From contig CDROCS010000772.1 of assembly GCA_977020255.1 (NCBI GenBank), positions 806,001 to 870,000 of the forward strand: 64,000 nt of DNA, in the 5' to 3' direction. Below, piece by piece: positions 50,112 through 60,700 of the stretch (the stretch's first letter is position 1; each line of letters opens with the position of its first letter). The stretch comes from Obrimoposthia wandeli. Taxonomy: Eukaryota. The notes below the pieces were generated by a model. It was not told the DNA's origin, ran no database searches, and worked only from the letters and a program-made list of their open reading frames with translations. The position numbers and the translations under genes are program-made.

Positions 50112-50834
50112 TTACACATGATAACGATTAAAAATACGTATTTGATGAAGCATAGCTTCATTAGGAGCAGCAATAGTCCGTTTAGCTTTAACAAGATTCG
50201 AAGCAGCAGTAACACCAATCGAATGAGATAAAAATGCAATAACAATGCAAGCAGCATGTAAACTACCATAATGACCACATACTAAAATCTTACCACCATT
50301 TTCGATAGTTTCTTTAATTATATTATTAGTCTGTTTATAATACTTCATTATTGTTTCTCCTAATTTTGAGTTTACAAAGACAGAAGTATATTTTAATTTC
50401 TTATAAGATATTTTATCCAGTATAGATGTATTGATTACATGAGTGAAATTGGAATTCAAAAGATTAGTTTCATCAAACCCATCTCTATAATTACCAATAT
50501 ATAATTGATTTACTAAAATCTCACTCATCGCGGTTTTGTTTAACTTTTCTACATTAAGTTGAGTAAATCTAGCACTAAACAAACTATCAAAAAGATGGGT
50601 CATGTGGTTCATTTCCATACTCGAAGCATGAGCTATTATGGGTTCCATAAAAGCCAAAGCATTTAAAAAATCTATCCGTCTCTTATCTTCAATAATTGGA
50701 TCTATAATAATTTCTTCTTCTATCGTCACTTCATCAATAGTTTCTTCTCTTCTTATAACTGTTGTTGTTGTTGCTGGTGGTGATGATGTTACTGATGATG
50801 ATGTTGCTTCTGGTGCTGAATCGATTTTCTCCAT
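50112..50834 (-). CDS. Dual-specificity phosphatase-fold protein, predicted inactive
   Basis: SEIL..QLYIGN, FTHVIN and GGKILV...GS...A.IVIAFL; the HCX5R loop reads CGHYGSLH. Confidence 0.85.
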   Translation of the reverse strand: MEKIDSAPEATSSSVTSSPPATTTTVIRREETIDEVTIEEEIIIDPIIEDKRRIDFLNALAFMEPIIAHASSMEMNHMTHLFDSLFSARFTQLNVEKLNKTAMSEILVNQLYIGNYRDGFDETNLLNSNFTHVINTSILDKISYKKLKYTSVFVNSKLGETIMKYYKQTNNIIKETIENGGKILVCGHYGSLHAACIVIAFLSHSIGVTAASNLVKAKRTIAAPNEAMLHQIRIFNRYHV

Positions 50835-50867
50835 TTTATCAATTCCGAGTCAATTTAGTCTTATATA

Positions 50868-51111
50868 TTAAACAAGGTTTGATTTCATTGGAGCATCAGT
50901 TTCATCATATGATTTGATTGGAGTATTATTCAACCTTTCCATTGTATTTAACATCTCATGTAAATGTAGTTGATGACGTAACCTAAAGAGTTAAATAAAC
51001 TACATATAAATATTACTCATGATTATTTTTCCTAATTAAAGCATTGAGAATAACTGAAGCAAGATCTTTTAATGCATCCTGAACCTCTTTACATTCAATA
51101 ATTTCATCCAT
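50868..51111 (-). CDS. 69-aa hypothetical protein; 34-nt intron at 50983-51016
   Basis: CATGA|GTAAT...CTTTAG|GTTACG joins MDEIIECKE...NNHE|LRHQLHLHEM...NLV* in frame; TATAAA upstream. Confidence 0.6.
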
Positions 51112-51223
51112 TTTATGATAAAGCAAATCAAATATTGTTTATAACCCATGAACAATCTATTTTTAGACCACATTACAACTATTTGCAACTATTTGCAAGT
51201 AATGACATGTGATGTCTTTGTCT

Positions 51224-51771
51224 CTAAGAGAAATCTATTTTTAAAACTATTTGGTTTAGGAAATAAATAACACAAGTGTGAAGATCTATATTAAACAAAA
51301 TACATTCAATCAGATACTCATAGTTTAAAGATTTAACACCGAGTATCATAATCTTCCCGCTAGCAAAAATGTTCACGCATAGGGGATTGTATTTGACGTA
51401 TCGAAGTCCCGGGAAGATTTCTGGCTCGTAAACAGCTTCTGATCCCATACTCTTGCTCATCTTGTTTAGGTTTATCGATGTTTCTAGATTGCTGCTGAGA
51501 CTGATTGATTGGATTCTTTCGATTTTTATATCAAAAGGAAGACTGCTTTCATCCAGCACTGTTTTGCAACCCATTATTCTGCATGTACCTAAATTAGAAT
51601 TATATATAAATGTAAATATAAATTACCAGATTTGAAAATGATAATAGTGTAACCTTCACACTTGAGTCGATACTGATGAGGCTTCGAAGTCCGAAATGGT
51701 AAGTGTTGAATGTTACTTACAACCATTCCCTTGTAATTAATATTCACTAATTTGATATTATGAAGTAGCAT
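51224..51771 (-). CDS. TATA-binding-protein-like protein (169 aa); 38-nt intron at 51589-51626
   Basis: The spliced product has both TBP repeat signatures: TIIIFKSG|TCRIMGCK and YEPEIFPGLRY...VNIFASGKIMILGVKS. The intron has GT, CTAAT and AG. Confidence 0.85.
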
Positions 51772-51834
51772 TTCTGATTATTATAAACTGATTTCTTCTA
51801 TTTATACAATTTGAACATATATTTTTAGATTTGC

Positions 51835-52835
51835 TTAATTGCCTATGCTATGAAATCTAATATTTCTTACTCGTCTAATGATAATTGTCTTGCAATATGG
51901 ACATGTAATAAAACGATCTGAACATTTAATACACGTGTTTAAGTGACCGCATGGTAAAAATGCCACGGAAATCGCATCACTCATGCAAACAACACATTCG
52001 GGATTTGGTAAGAGGTACTCGAGATAATTTATCCGATGTTTTGGTTCAGATTTTATTTCTAAAGACCTTAAATCCGTTATAAACTCATATATAGAATCAT
52101 ATTTATTACCGAATGTTTTAAACCTATTAACTAAAACGGCTTTGATTCTATCATGGCTGTAATCACGTTTCAGCAAAACTATTTGACGAGTTTCCATCTG
52201 GGCATCAATTTCATCATTACTAATATGATATTCAACAATACATCCGTTCTTGATTCCCATACTAGATGCTTTACAATCTCGAGTATGAAAGATTCTTTCG
52301 GGCATAGTATCAATAAGGTCAAGTCGGGGTACTGCTTTCCGACAGAAACAACATCGATAAGAATCATTCCAAATATATACATGATCGAAAATCGATAATG
52401 TAGGTATTTCAATATCATTAGAATAATTATTGCGCACAATAACTACTTTATCCATTGGAGTTGTATCAAAATCAATTTGGGTGGTGCTGGAATCAATTAT
52501 TGGTACGTTTGAAACATTCATTTTCAAAACAAACGGGCATCTTGGGAAAAATAGCTGATGTTGCTTCATTGGTTTCAGATAGTACTCCCATCCTGATATT
52601 CCTCCTGACAGTAAATACACTTTACATTATCTTTCGAATCATCGTGCTTGTAAAATCCTGCTTTTGCTAAAGCTTTCTTATGGGCTAAACCAGTAAACTT
52701 TGCTTGTAACGATTCTAATCTTCTTTCTTCATATATCATATTTTCATTTATTCTTGAAATATTATCAAAACGCCGTCGTCTAATGGTGAGTTCTCCGTTT
52801 TCTGAAACATAATGTGCAATAAATTTAGTAGTCAT
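51835..52835 (-). CDS. Inhibitor-of-apoptosis protein (BIR, degenerate BIR, RING-HC) split by one frameshift
   Basis: EERRLES...LAKAGFY...DNVKCIYC / GGISGWE...H...FPRCPFV; second CCFC...H...C; C-terminal CVVC...FLPCGH..TC..C....CPYC. Confidence 0.9.
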
Positions 52836-52880
52836 AACAAAATTGAATGATGAAATTGTCTAGCTTATATAGTAAGTGAA

Positions 52881-52922
52881 AATCTATTTTTAGACCACAT
52901 TACAACTATTTGCAACTATTTG
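52881..52922. promoter_or_regulatory. 42-bp element also present at 51,154-51,195; candidate shared promoter
   Basis: AATCTATTTTTAGACCACATTACAACTATTTGCAACTATTTG, located 43-46 nt upstream of two minus-strand ATGs. Confidence 0.6.
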
Positions 52923-52947
52923 TCTTAGTATAAACAATATTTTGATA

Positions 52948-53628
52948 ATGGATAATCAAAATAATCAAAATAATGAAAGTAGAGCTAGTACATACATAGG
53001 TTCCAGTAGTAATTTATATTCTAATATGAATTATAATAGAAATAATCAGAGAGAAAATATTAATCCATCAAGTCAAACAATAACAAGTCCTACGCGCGTA
53101 ACCGAAGAACGTGAGCCCTTTAAGGATATGACTAATACTAGACGATAAACAAGAATGTTAAGCAATTGAGACTAATCGACCAATTAGAATCGAGCTTTAG
53201 AGGATAAACAATTGAATATTTCAATTTATAATTGTCAATATGAATTTCGAAAAGCTATATCAACCTATGCATACATATTTTGGATATGAGATGCACTTTT
53301 TGAAAAAGCTCATAACTATAATTTTATTTTTCCTATCAACATCGAGCCGCTTAAATTTGATTTTGAAATATCAAATTTGACTTCTGTGGATAAAGAGAGA
53401 ATCAATATTCTCTTGACTCAATTCGGAATCAACTATGCACTTCAGGAAAACAAATTCGTAATCAAAGGATCAACTGCCACTTTCAAGCATGAGAATGGAA
53501 CAATATACGAAGCACCTCCTCCTAAGCTAGAATGGATTATCTCAATCAGAATTCAAGGATGCAAGATCGGGCCCAGTGGATTGGAAACTCCGATATGGAA
53601 AATAATTGATGCTGTTAGAGTTGACTAA
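52948..53628 (+). pseudogene. Frameshifted hypothetical gene, possibly an OB-fold ssDNA-binding protein
   Basis: Several frame breaks; C-terminal WIISIRIQGCKIGPSGLETPIWKII loosely resembles viral SSB C-termini. Confidence 0.3.
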
Positions 53629-53715
53629 TAAATTTTTGTGTCTTTATTTGTATTATTTTATATATATATTATTTATTATTATATTATAAACAATAGTGAT
53701 ACTTTAATATTTATT

Positions 53716-53880
53716 ATGAAAATGACTAAAAAACCTACTAAATCATTAAAGACTAGGGTTAAAAAGACTATGAGTAAAAAGACTATGAGTAAAAAGAAAA
53801 TCATGGAAGGTTTGGGTATTCATATGATGGCAGCAAATCTTTTAGGTAGATGGTTTGGGGAGTTGATAAAAAATCTATAA
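53716..53880 (+). CDS. Small Lys-rich protein with amphipathic C-terminus
   Basis: MKMTKKPTKSLKTRVKKTMSKKTMSKKK...MAANLLGRWFGELIKNL. Confidence 0.45.
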   Translation: MKMTKKPTKSLKTRVKKTMSKKTMSKKKIMEGLGIHMMAANLLGRWFGELIKNL

Positions 53881-54059
53881 AGCACAAAAGAATGTGGATT
53901 ATTTGAGAGGTATACAAAATCAGAAACGAGTGCAAAAAGGAGATGGTATACAAAAAGGGGATGGTATGCTTGATATTTTTGTAAAATTAGATAAACTTAC
54001 AAAAGCATTTGAAAAGGATCTAGTGCCTATCTTGGTCCAAAACTAAACTTTTTAGCAAA

Positions 54060-54630
54060 CCGACCAAAAACTTAAATTTTGAAGAAAATAATTTTTTGAA
54101 AATAAATTTTTGAAGAAAATAAATTTTTTGAAAATAAATTTTTTTTGAAGAAAATAAATTTTTGAAGAAAATAAATTTTTTAACTTTTAGGAAAAAATAA
54201 ATTTTTTGAAGAAAATAATTTTTGAAAGAAAATAAATTTTTGAAAGAAAATAAATTTTTTAACTTTTTAGAAAAATAAATTTTTTGATGAAAATTTTCAG
54301 AGGCAAACAGAAATGTTTTCATGTACAAAAATTTTTTTGCAAAAATGATGTACAAGTGATTTAGAAACTTTAATTTTGGCGCCAAAATTTTTGAAAATTT
54401 AAACAAAATATTTTGAAAAAATAATTTTAACTTTTTGGAAAAAATAAAAAATTTGAAAATTTTGAAGGTTTTTGACCCTTGAAGGTCCTTGGAAGGTCGG
54501 ACCAACCTCGACCAAGTCCATTATCCATAACATCAAAAAGTAGAAAAATAAAAATTTTTGAACCCTTTGAAGGTTTTTGATCCTTGAAAGGTCCAACCCT
54601 CGAAGGTCTGGTCAACCCCAGTCGAAGGTC
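54060..54630. repeat. Subterminal low-complexity repeats
   Basis: Many AAAATAAATTTTTTGAAG-type units (54060-54450), then GAAGGTC/GAAGGTT-type units (54460-54630). Confidence 0.8.
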
Positions 54631-54790
54631 CGAACTCTTATGTATCATTTGGTGAAGACCGCTTGTCAATAGCATCTATGGTTGAGCTGCCAAGTACATG
54701 TCTACTATAGTAGATCTTGAGAAAATTATTAGAACAAAGGACTTGAGCGTGGGAAAATTTTCTTAAGACCGAGTAGGAAAGTTCACTGCG
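54629..54790 (-). repeat. Right terminal inverted repeat, truncated by the foldback
   Basis: Matches 42,729-42,886 until the mirror point. Confidence 0.85.
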
Positions 54791-54794
54791 CCTT

Positions 54795-57700
54795 CTGCTT
54801 GAACTTTCCACGGTCTCTTAACTCCCCCTCAAGATCTATAATGAACATGTTTAATTGATCTTCACTAAATACATAAGTTCGGACCTCTAGTGACAGGCAA
54901 CTCGGGGTAAAAACTCAGGATTCAGAACTTTTTCTGCACTTTTGATGTTATGGACTGGACTTGGTCGAGGTGGCCTTCAGGGCCTTCAGGTCAAGCCTTC
55001 AGAGGCACAAATTTATTTTTCAAAGAGACAAAAGAGTATTTTTTCAAAAATATTTTGTTTATTTCTCAAAATTTGGCATAAGTAAAGGGCTAATCACTTA
55101 TTATCATTTTGCAAAAAAAGAGTACGTACGTAATTGCCTCTGAATTTTCATCAAAATTATTTCAAAGTTGAAATTATTTTCAAAGGTATTCAAGTATTTG
55201 CACTCAAAAATTTTCTAAAGAGACAAAATTGTTTTCTTCAAAACATTTTCTTCAAAAGAAATTGTTACCTGTCAAAGAACATTACTCAAAATTGACCTGT
55301 CAAAGAAACCCGACCTCAAATATTTTTCTTCAAAATTTAGTTTTGATCGGATTTTAAATGCTGTAGTTTATCTGAACACAAAATATCAGCGCCATCACTT
55401 TGGCATACCTAAGATTTAACAAACCTTCCGCCGATTCTGCTCATGGTCTTTGCTGGTCTGTGATTGGTGGGTTTCATGAAGTATCACTTGTGGGTGTAAT
55501 AATAGTAATATGTAAACAATGCAAATCTCAAGAACACAAAAATTGTCAGTCAACTCTAACAGCATCGGTGACGCCGCCAATCCGCTGGGCCCGATCTTCG
55601 TCGCGGAGTCGGTTGGTAATCCCGATGCAGAGAATCATGCTGGTGGCGATGGAACACGAACTGAGCACTGGTCGCCAGTTATTCGAGCCAGTCAGAAGAA
55701 GATATTGATTCTCTTTATCCACAGAGACATCAAGACTGATATTCAAATCAGAGACTAACAGCCTCGTAATTGACTAGAAAAAATGGAAATTATGGTGCTC
55801 TCAAGAGATACATCTCATATCCAAAATGTATGCAGACGATATAACAAAATATATTATTCGAGCCGTTTATCCTCTAAACTCGATTCATTAATCTCAATTA
55901 ACTAACATTCTTGTTTATCGTCTAGTATTAGTCTGTCATAAAGAGCACGCGCGTAGGACTTGTTGTTTGACTTGATGGATTAATATTTTCTCTGATTAAC
56001 TATTATATTCATATTAAATATAAATTACTACTGGAGACTAGCTCTACTTTCATTATTTTGATTATTTTGATTATCCGATATCAAATATTGTTTATACTAA
56101 GACAAATAGTTGCAAATAGTTGTATTGTGGTCTAAAAATTTTTCACTTACTATATATAAGCTGAACAATTTCATCATTCAATTTTGTTATAATACTAATT
56201 GTGCATTATGACTCGAAAACGGAAAACTGCGTTGACGGCGGTGGCTTCAGGAAAATGAAAAAGGTAAATTTGCTAAGCTACTGGTTTAACCTGCTTTAGC
56301 AAAAGCAGAGACTGCACGGTCGAAAAATAATGTAAAAGTGCTAATATCAGAGGATGGGGAAGTACTATCTGAGCCAATGGTGGCTGTTTCCCAAGATGCC
56401 GTTGTTTGAAAATGGTGAAACGGCAATAGTGATCGCGCAAGTGATCCAATGGATAAGCCCCGGTATTAGCGCTGTGTTGTGATATTAATCTGCATTATCG
56501 TTACCGATATATATATTTGGAATGATGCTGTCGTGTTGTCAGCTGTACCCGGCGACTGCTGTGCTATGCCTGATGCCATACTCGAGGTGTAAGCTCTGAG
56601 GAATCAGAAAGTAGTCTTGTGATTGGTATCATATTAGCTAATGATGAAGTGCCAGATAAACTCATATCTGACCCAACCATGATAACCGGCCACAGTGGAG
56701 TTGCGTGACCGACTTCATTCTATATATGGTTAGATTCATCAAAATCTGAACAAGCGCTCGGATAAATCTCGGTACTCTGCAAATGAAATGTGTTGGGCTA
56801 CATAGTGACATTCAGCAGGCTCACTAAACACGTGTATTCATTCAGATCGTTGTATGTCCCATATTACTGGAGCAATTATCATTGGGCAGTAGAAAATATT
56901 AGATTTCATAGGCAATTAAGCAAATCTAAAAATATATGTTCAAATTAACATAAATAGAAAGAAATCGTTTATAATAATCAGAAATGCTACTTCATAATAT
57001 CAAATTAGTGAATATTAATTACAAGGGGAGACTGGTTGTAGTAACATTCAGCACTACCATTCGAACTTCAAGCCTCATCAGCCAATCAAATTTAGTACCG
57101 ACACAAATCTGTTATTATGACTACATTTATATACTAATTCTAATTTAGGCTGCATCTGAAATAATGAGTTATAGCTGATGCTGGATAACAGTCTTCCACG
57201 ATATAAAATCGAAGAATCAATCAATCGATACCAGCGGCAATCTAAAGCATCGACCAAACCTAAACAAGATGAGCAGAGTATCCGGGATCGAAGCTGTTTA
57301 CGGCCAGCGTCGGGACTTCGATGCGTCAAGCAATCCCTAATGCGGCACATTTTTGCTGGCGGGAAAGATATGATACTCGGTGTTAAATCTTTAAGCGTGG
57401 TACTCTGATTGAATATATTTTGTTTAATATAGATCTTCACTGTTTAAAATAGACTACTCTTAGAAATTAAAGGCATCACATCGTATTACTTGCAAAATAG
57501 TTCCAAATGGTAACAATAATGATCTAAAAATAGATTGTTCATGGAGTTATAAGCTAATATTTGTTTACAACATCATAAATGGATGAAGTATTGAATATAA
57601 GAGGTTCAGGATGCGATAGATATCTTTGCTTCAGTGAAAATGCTTTAATTAGAAAATAATCATGAGCATAATATTTATAGTTTATTTGGCACTCTTTGGG

Positions 57701-60700
57701 ATTACGTCATCAACTTCTACATTTTACATGAGATGTTAAATACAATGGAAAGGTTGAATAATACTCCAATCAAAATCATATGATGAAACTGATGCTCCAA
57801 TGAAATCAAACCTTGTTTAATATATAAGACTAAATTGACTCGGAATTGATAAAATGGAGAAAAATCAGTTGTTCAGCACCAGAAACATCATCATCAGTAA
57901 CATCATCTACCAGCAGCAACAGCAACAGTTATAAGAAGAGAAGAAACTGATGAAGTGACGATAGAAGAAGAAATTATTATAGATCAATTATTGAATAAGA
58001 GACGGATAGATTTTTAAATGCTTTGCTTTATGGAACCCATAATAGCTCATGCTTCAGTATGAAATGAACCACATGACCCATCTTTTTGATAGTTTGTTTA
58101 GTGCTAGATTTACTCAACTTAATGTAGAAAAGTTAAACAAAACCGCGATGGGTGAGATTTTAGGAAATCAATTATATATTGGTAATTATAGAGATGGGTT
58201 TGATGAAACTAATCTTTTGAATTCCAATTTCACTCATGTAATCAATACATCTATACTGGATAAAATATCTTATAAGAAATTAAAATATGCTTCTGTCTTT
58301 GTAAACTCAAAATTAGAGACTTAATAATGAAGTATTATAAACAGACTAATAATACTATAATTAAAGCTTATCGAAAATGGTGGTAAGATTTTGGTAATGG
58401 TCATTATGGTAGTTTACATGCTGCTTGCATTGTTATTGCATTTTTATCTCATTCGTTGAATTACTGCTGCTTCGAATCTTGTTAAAGCTAAACGGACTAT
58501 TGCTGCTCTAATGAAGCTATAACTTCATCAAATACCGTATTTTTAATCGTTATCGTATTATATTTTATTCGTCTTTATCTTTAATCAGTGTTTTTATTAA
58601 TCAGTGTTTTATTAATCAATCTTTTGATATTAGTCAGTGTCTTTAGTGTCTTTATTAGTCAGTGTCTTTAGTGTGCTGATAGTCAGTGTATTTATTAACC
58701 AATCAAATTTCAGGTATATAGTATATAAGCAGATTACTTTTTTTTTTACTTCTTCATCATCATTATGTCTCTCCAAACTATTTCAAGCAAGATGTGACAA
58801 GGCGGTGAAAACTTCATCTCGAAAGAATCATAGAACCAGATGTCCTGCAGCTCATTGATGTCTCAAATCTACCCCTGGAGGAGCACGTAAGAAGAATGGT
58901 GCATGACAAGGCAGTCAATCTTCTCATTCAGGGATGCAATCAGAAAAGAAACTCGCAAACAAAAAGAAGAAAAGTAGCTTTTTTCTGCGAGAAGAGTTTT
59001 TATTGTTTGTTACAGATGTTTCGTAATAAAATATTTTAAATAGTTTTGTCTTATAAACATTATCGATAATCTAATATTTTAATATGAACTTAAAAAATAA
59101 TTCAGTTTTTCCAGATTGTAGGTCCTAGTGGTAGTGGGAAAACACATTTTGTATGTAAATTACTGCAAAATAATAAATACTTTAGTTTTAAGTTTAATAC
59201 ATACTGGCATCAGGAGAGAGATGGAGAAGCTGGTTTAACCAGTAAGAGTTTAAGAAAATCAAAAATATAAAGTCATTAATGGATTCGATGATAATTGGTC
59301 ACGAGCGATTACAACGACATGATGTTATTGTTATTGATGATTTATATCCAAGAAGCAAATAAAGTGATTTCAATAATTTATTCACTAAAATAGCACGACA
59401 TCGGGAAGTAACTGTTATTTTCATCACACAAAATCTATTTCATCAAGGGAGGAACCATAGAACTCGTAATTTAAATGTACATTACCTTGTTCTCTTCAAG
59501 AATCACGTGATCAGACGGTTGATGATTTTGTTTCAAGACAAACTTGCGAATAATAGAAAGTTTTTAATTGATTCATTTCAAGATGCAACTACTATTCCTC
59601 ATGGATACATTTTTATTGATTTTACTCAAGATTGTCCCGATGACTTTAGAGTTAGGAGCAGTATTCAATCCATCGGGAATAACCATCCATAAACAAACAA
59701 AGAAACCAGTTTTGAGAAGATGAATTTTTAAAAGGAAACTGTTAAGCCGAAGTTAAAATTGATTAAATCGGTTTTAAGTGCAAGGAAAATGGTTGCCAAA
59801 AATCGAAAAAAGAACTGTTGTTAGGGAAATCTAGGAGTACTGCCTATTTCAATTCTCTCATGCGTGCACCTGCTGTTTCGCCGCCTTTATTCTTAAATCA
59901 TTCCCTACTTTTGTGAGTGATGATTTACTTAATATGATACAGAAAATAGTTTCTGGTAAAATAATTTATCCAAGGCTAACTGAATCGGCATAAGAGAAAC
60001 CTCTACTTGCTTTGTTTCATGCCAAAACACGAATCGGTAAACGTAAGTTTATAAGCAAAGTGGTGGATTTTAGGATTTCTCGTACCAATTATTAGCTCAA
60101 TAGTTGGTGCACTTGCTAGTAGACTGAGTAACCGATGATTAAACATAAATTCAATCAATAATATGAATTTATATATGGGATCACTTCCATCTATTCCTAA
60201 ATTCAATTTAAAATCAAATCGTGCTGCAATGGAGAAAATATGGTTCGTCCAAGTCATCCGGTGGATTTTTAGGGGTTTCAAAATTAACCAAAGAGACAAA
60301 GAAGACAAAGCAGGAAACTCAGGCGTGGTTGAGAAATATATTAACTAGCTTAAACAAACCAGTGAGACGTCGGTTCCCAACGAGATCATACAAAACGAGC
60401 GGCGAATGATTTATGGCAAGCAGATTTGATGGAAATGATTCCGTATGCAGTATTAACAACGGATATCGATATATTTTAACTTGTGTTGATGTCTTTAGCA
60501 GATTCGCGCGAGCTATTCCATTAAAGTCTAAGTCTGGTACCGATACTAACCGCAATGAAGCTTTTGATTAAAGAAATAAAACCAAGAAATTTCAAACGGA
60601 TGATGGAAAGGAGTTTTATAATAAACATGTTGAAACGCTATTGAAAAAACATAATATTAATCATTGCAGTATTTTCCCAATATAAAGCCGCTTTAGTTAG

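Larger units (their letters stand above)
42149..54790 (-). mobile_element. Rearranged Polinton/Maverick (adintovirus-like) element lacking pPolB
   Basis: INT, ATPase, PRO, MCP and mCP in a compact co-oriented cluster; at least 160-bp inverted termini. The left boundary is uncertain (42,149-42,700). Confidence 0.9.

Noticed and set aside
52990-53045. A fourth micro-intron (GTAATTTATATT...ATAG) in the plus-strand ORF
   Set aside because: Every donor and acceptor combination I tried leads to an early stop.
54020-54675. 161-aa Phe/Lys-rich ORF and neighbours
   Set aside because: Translations of AT-rich subterminal repeats.
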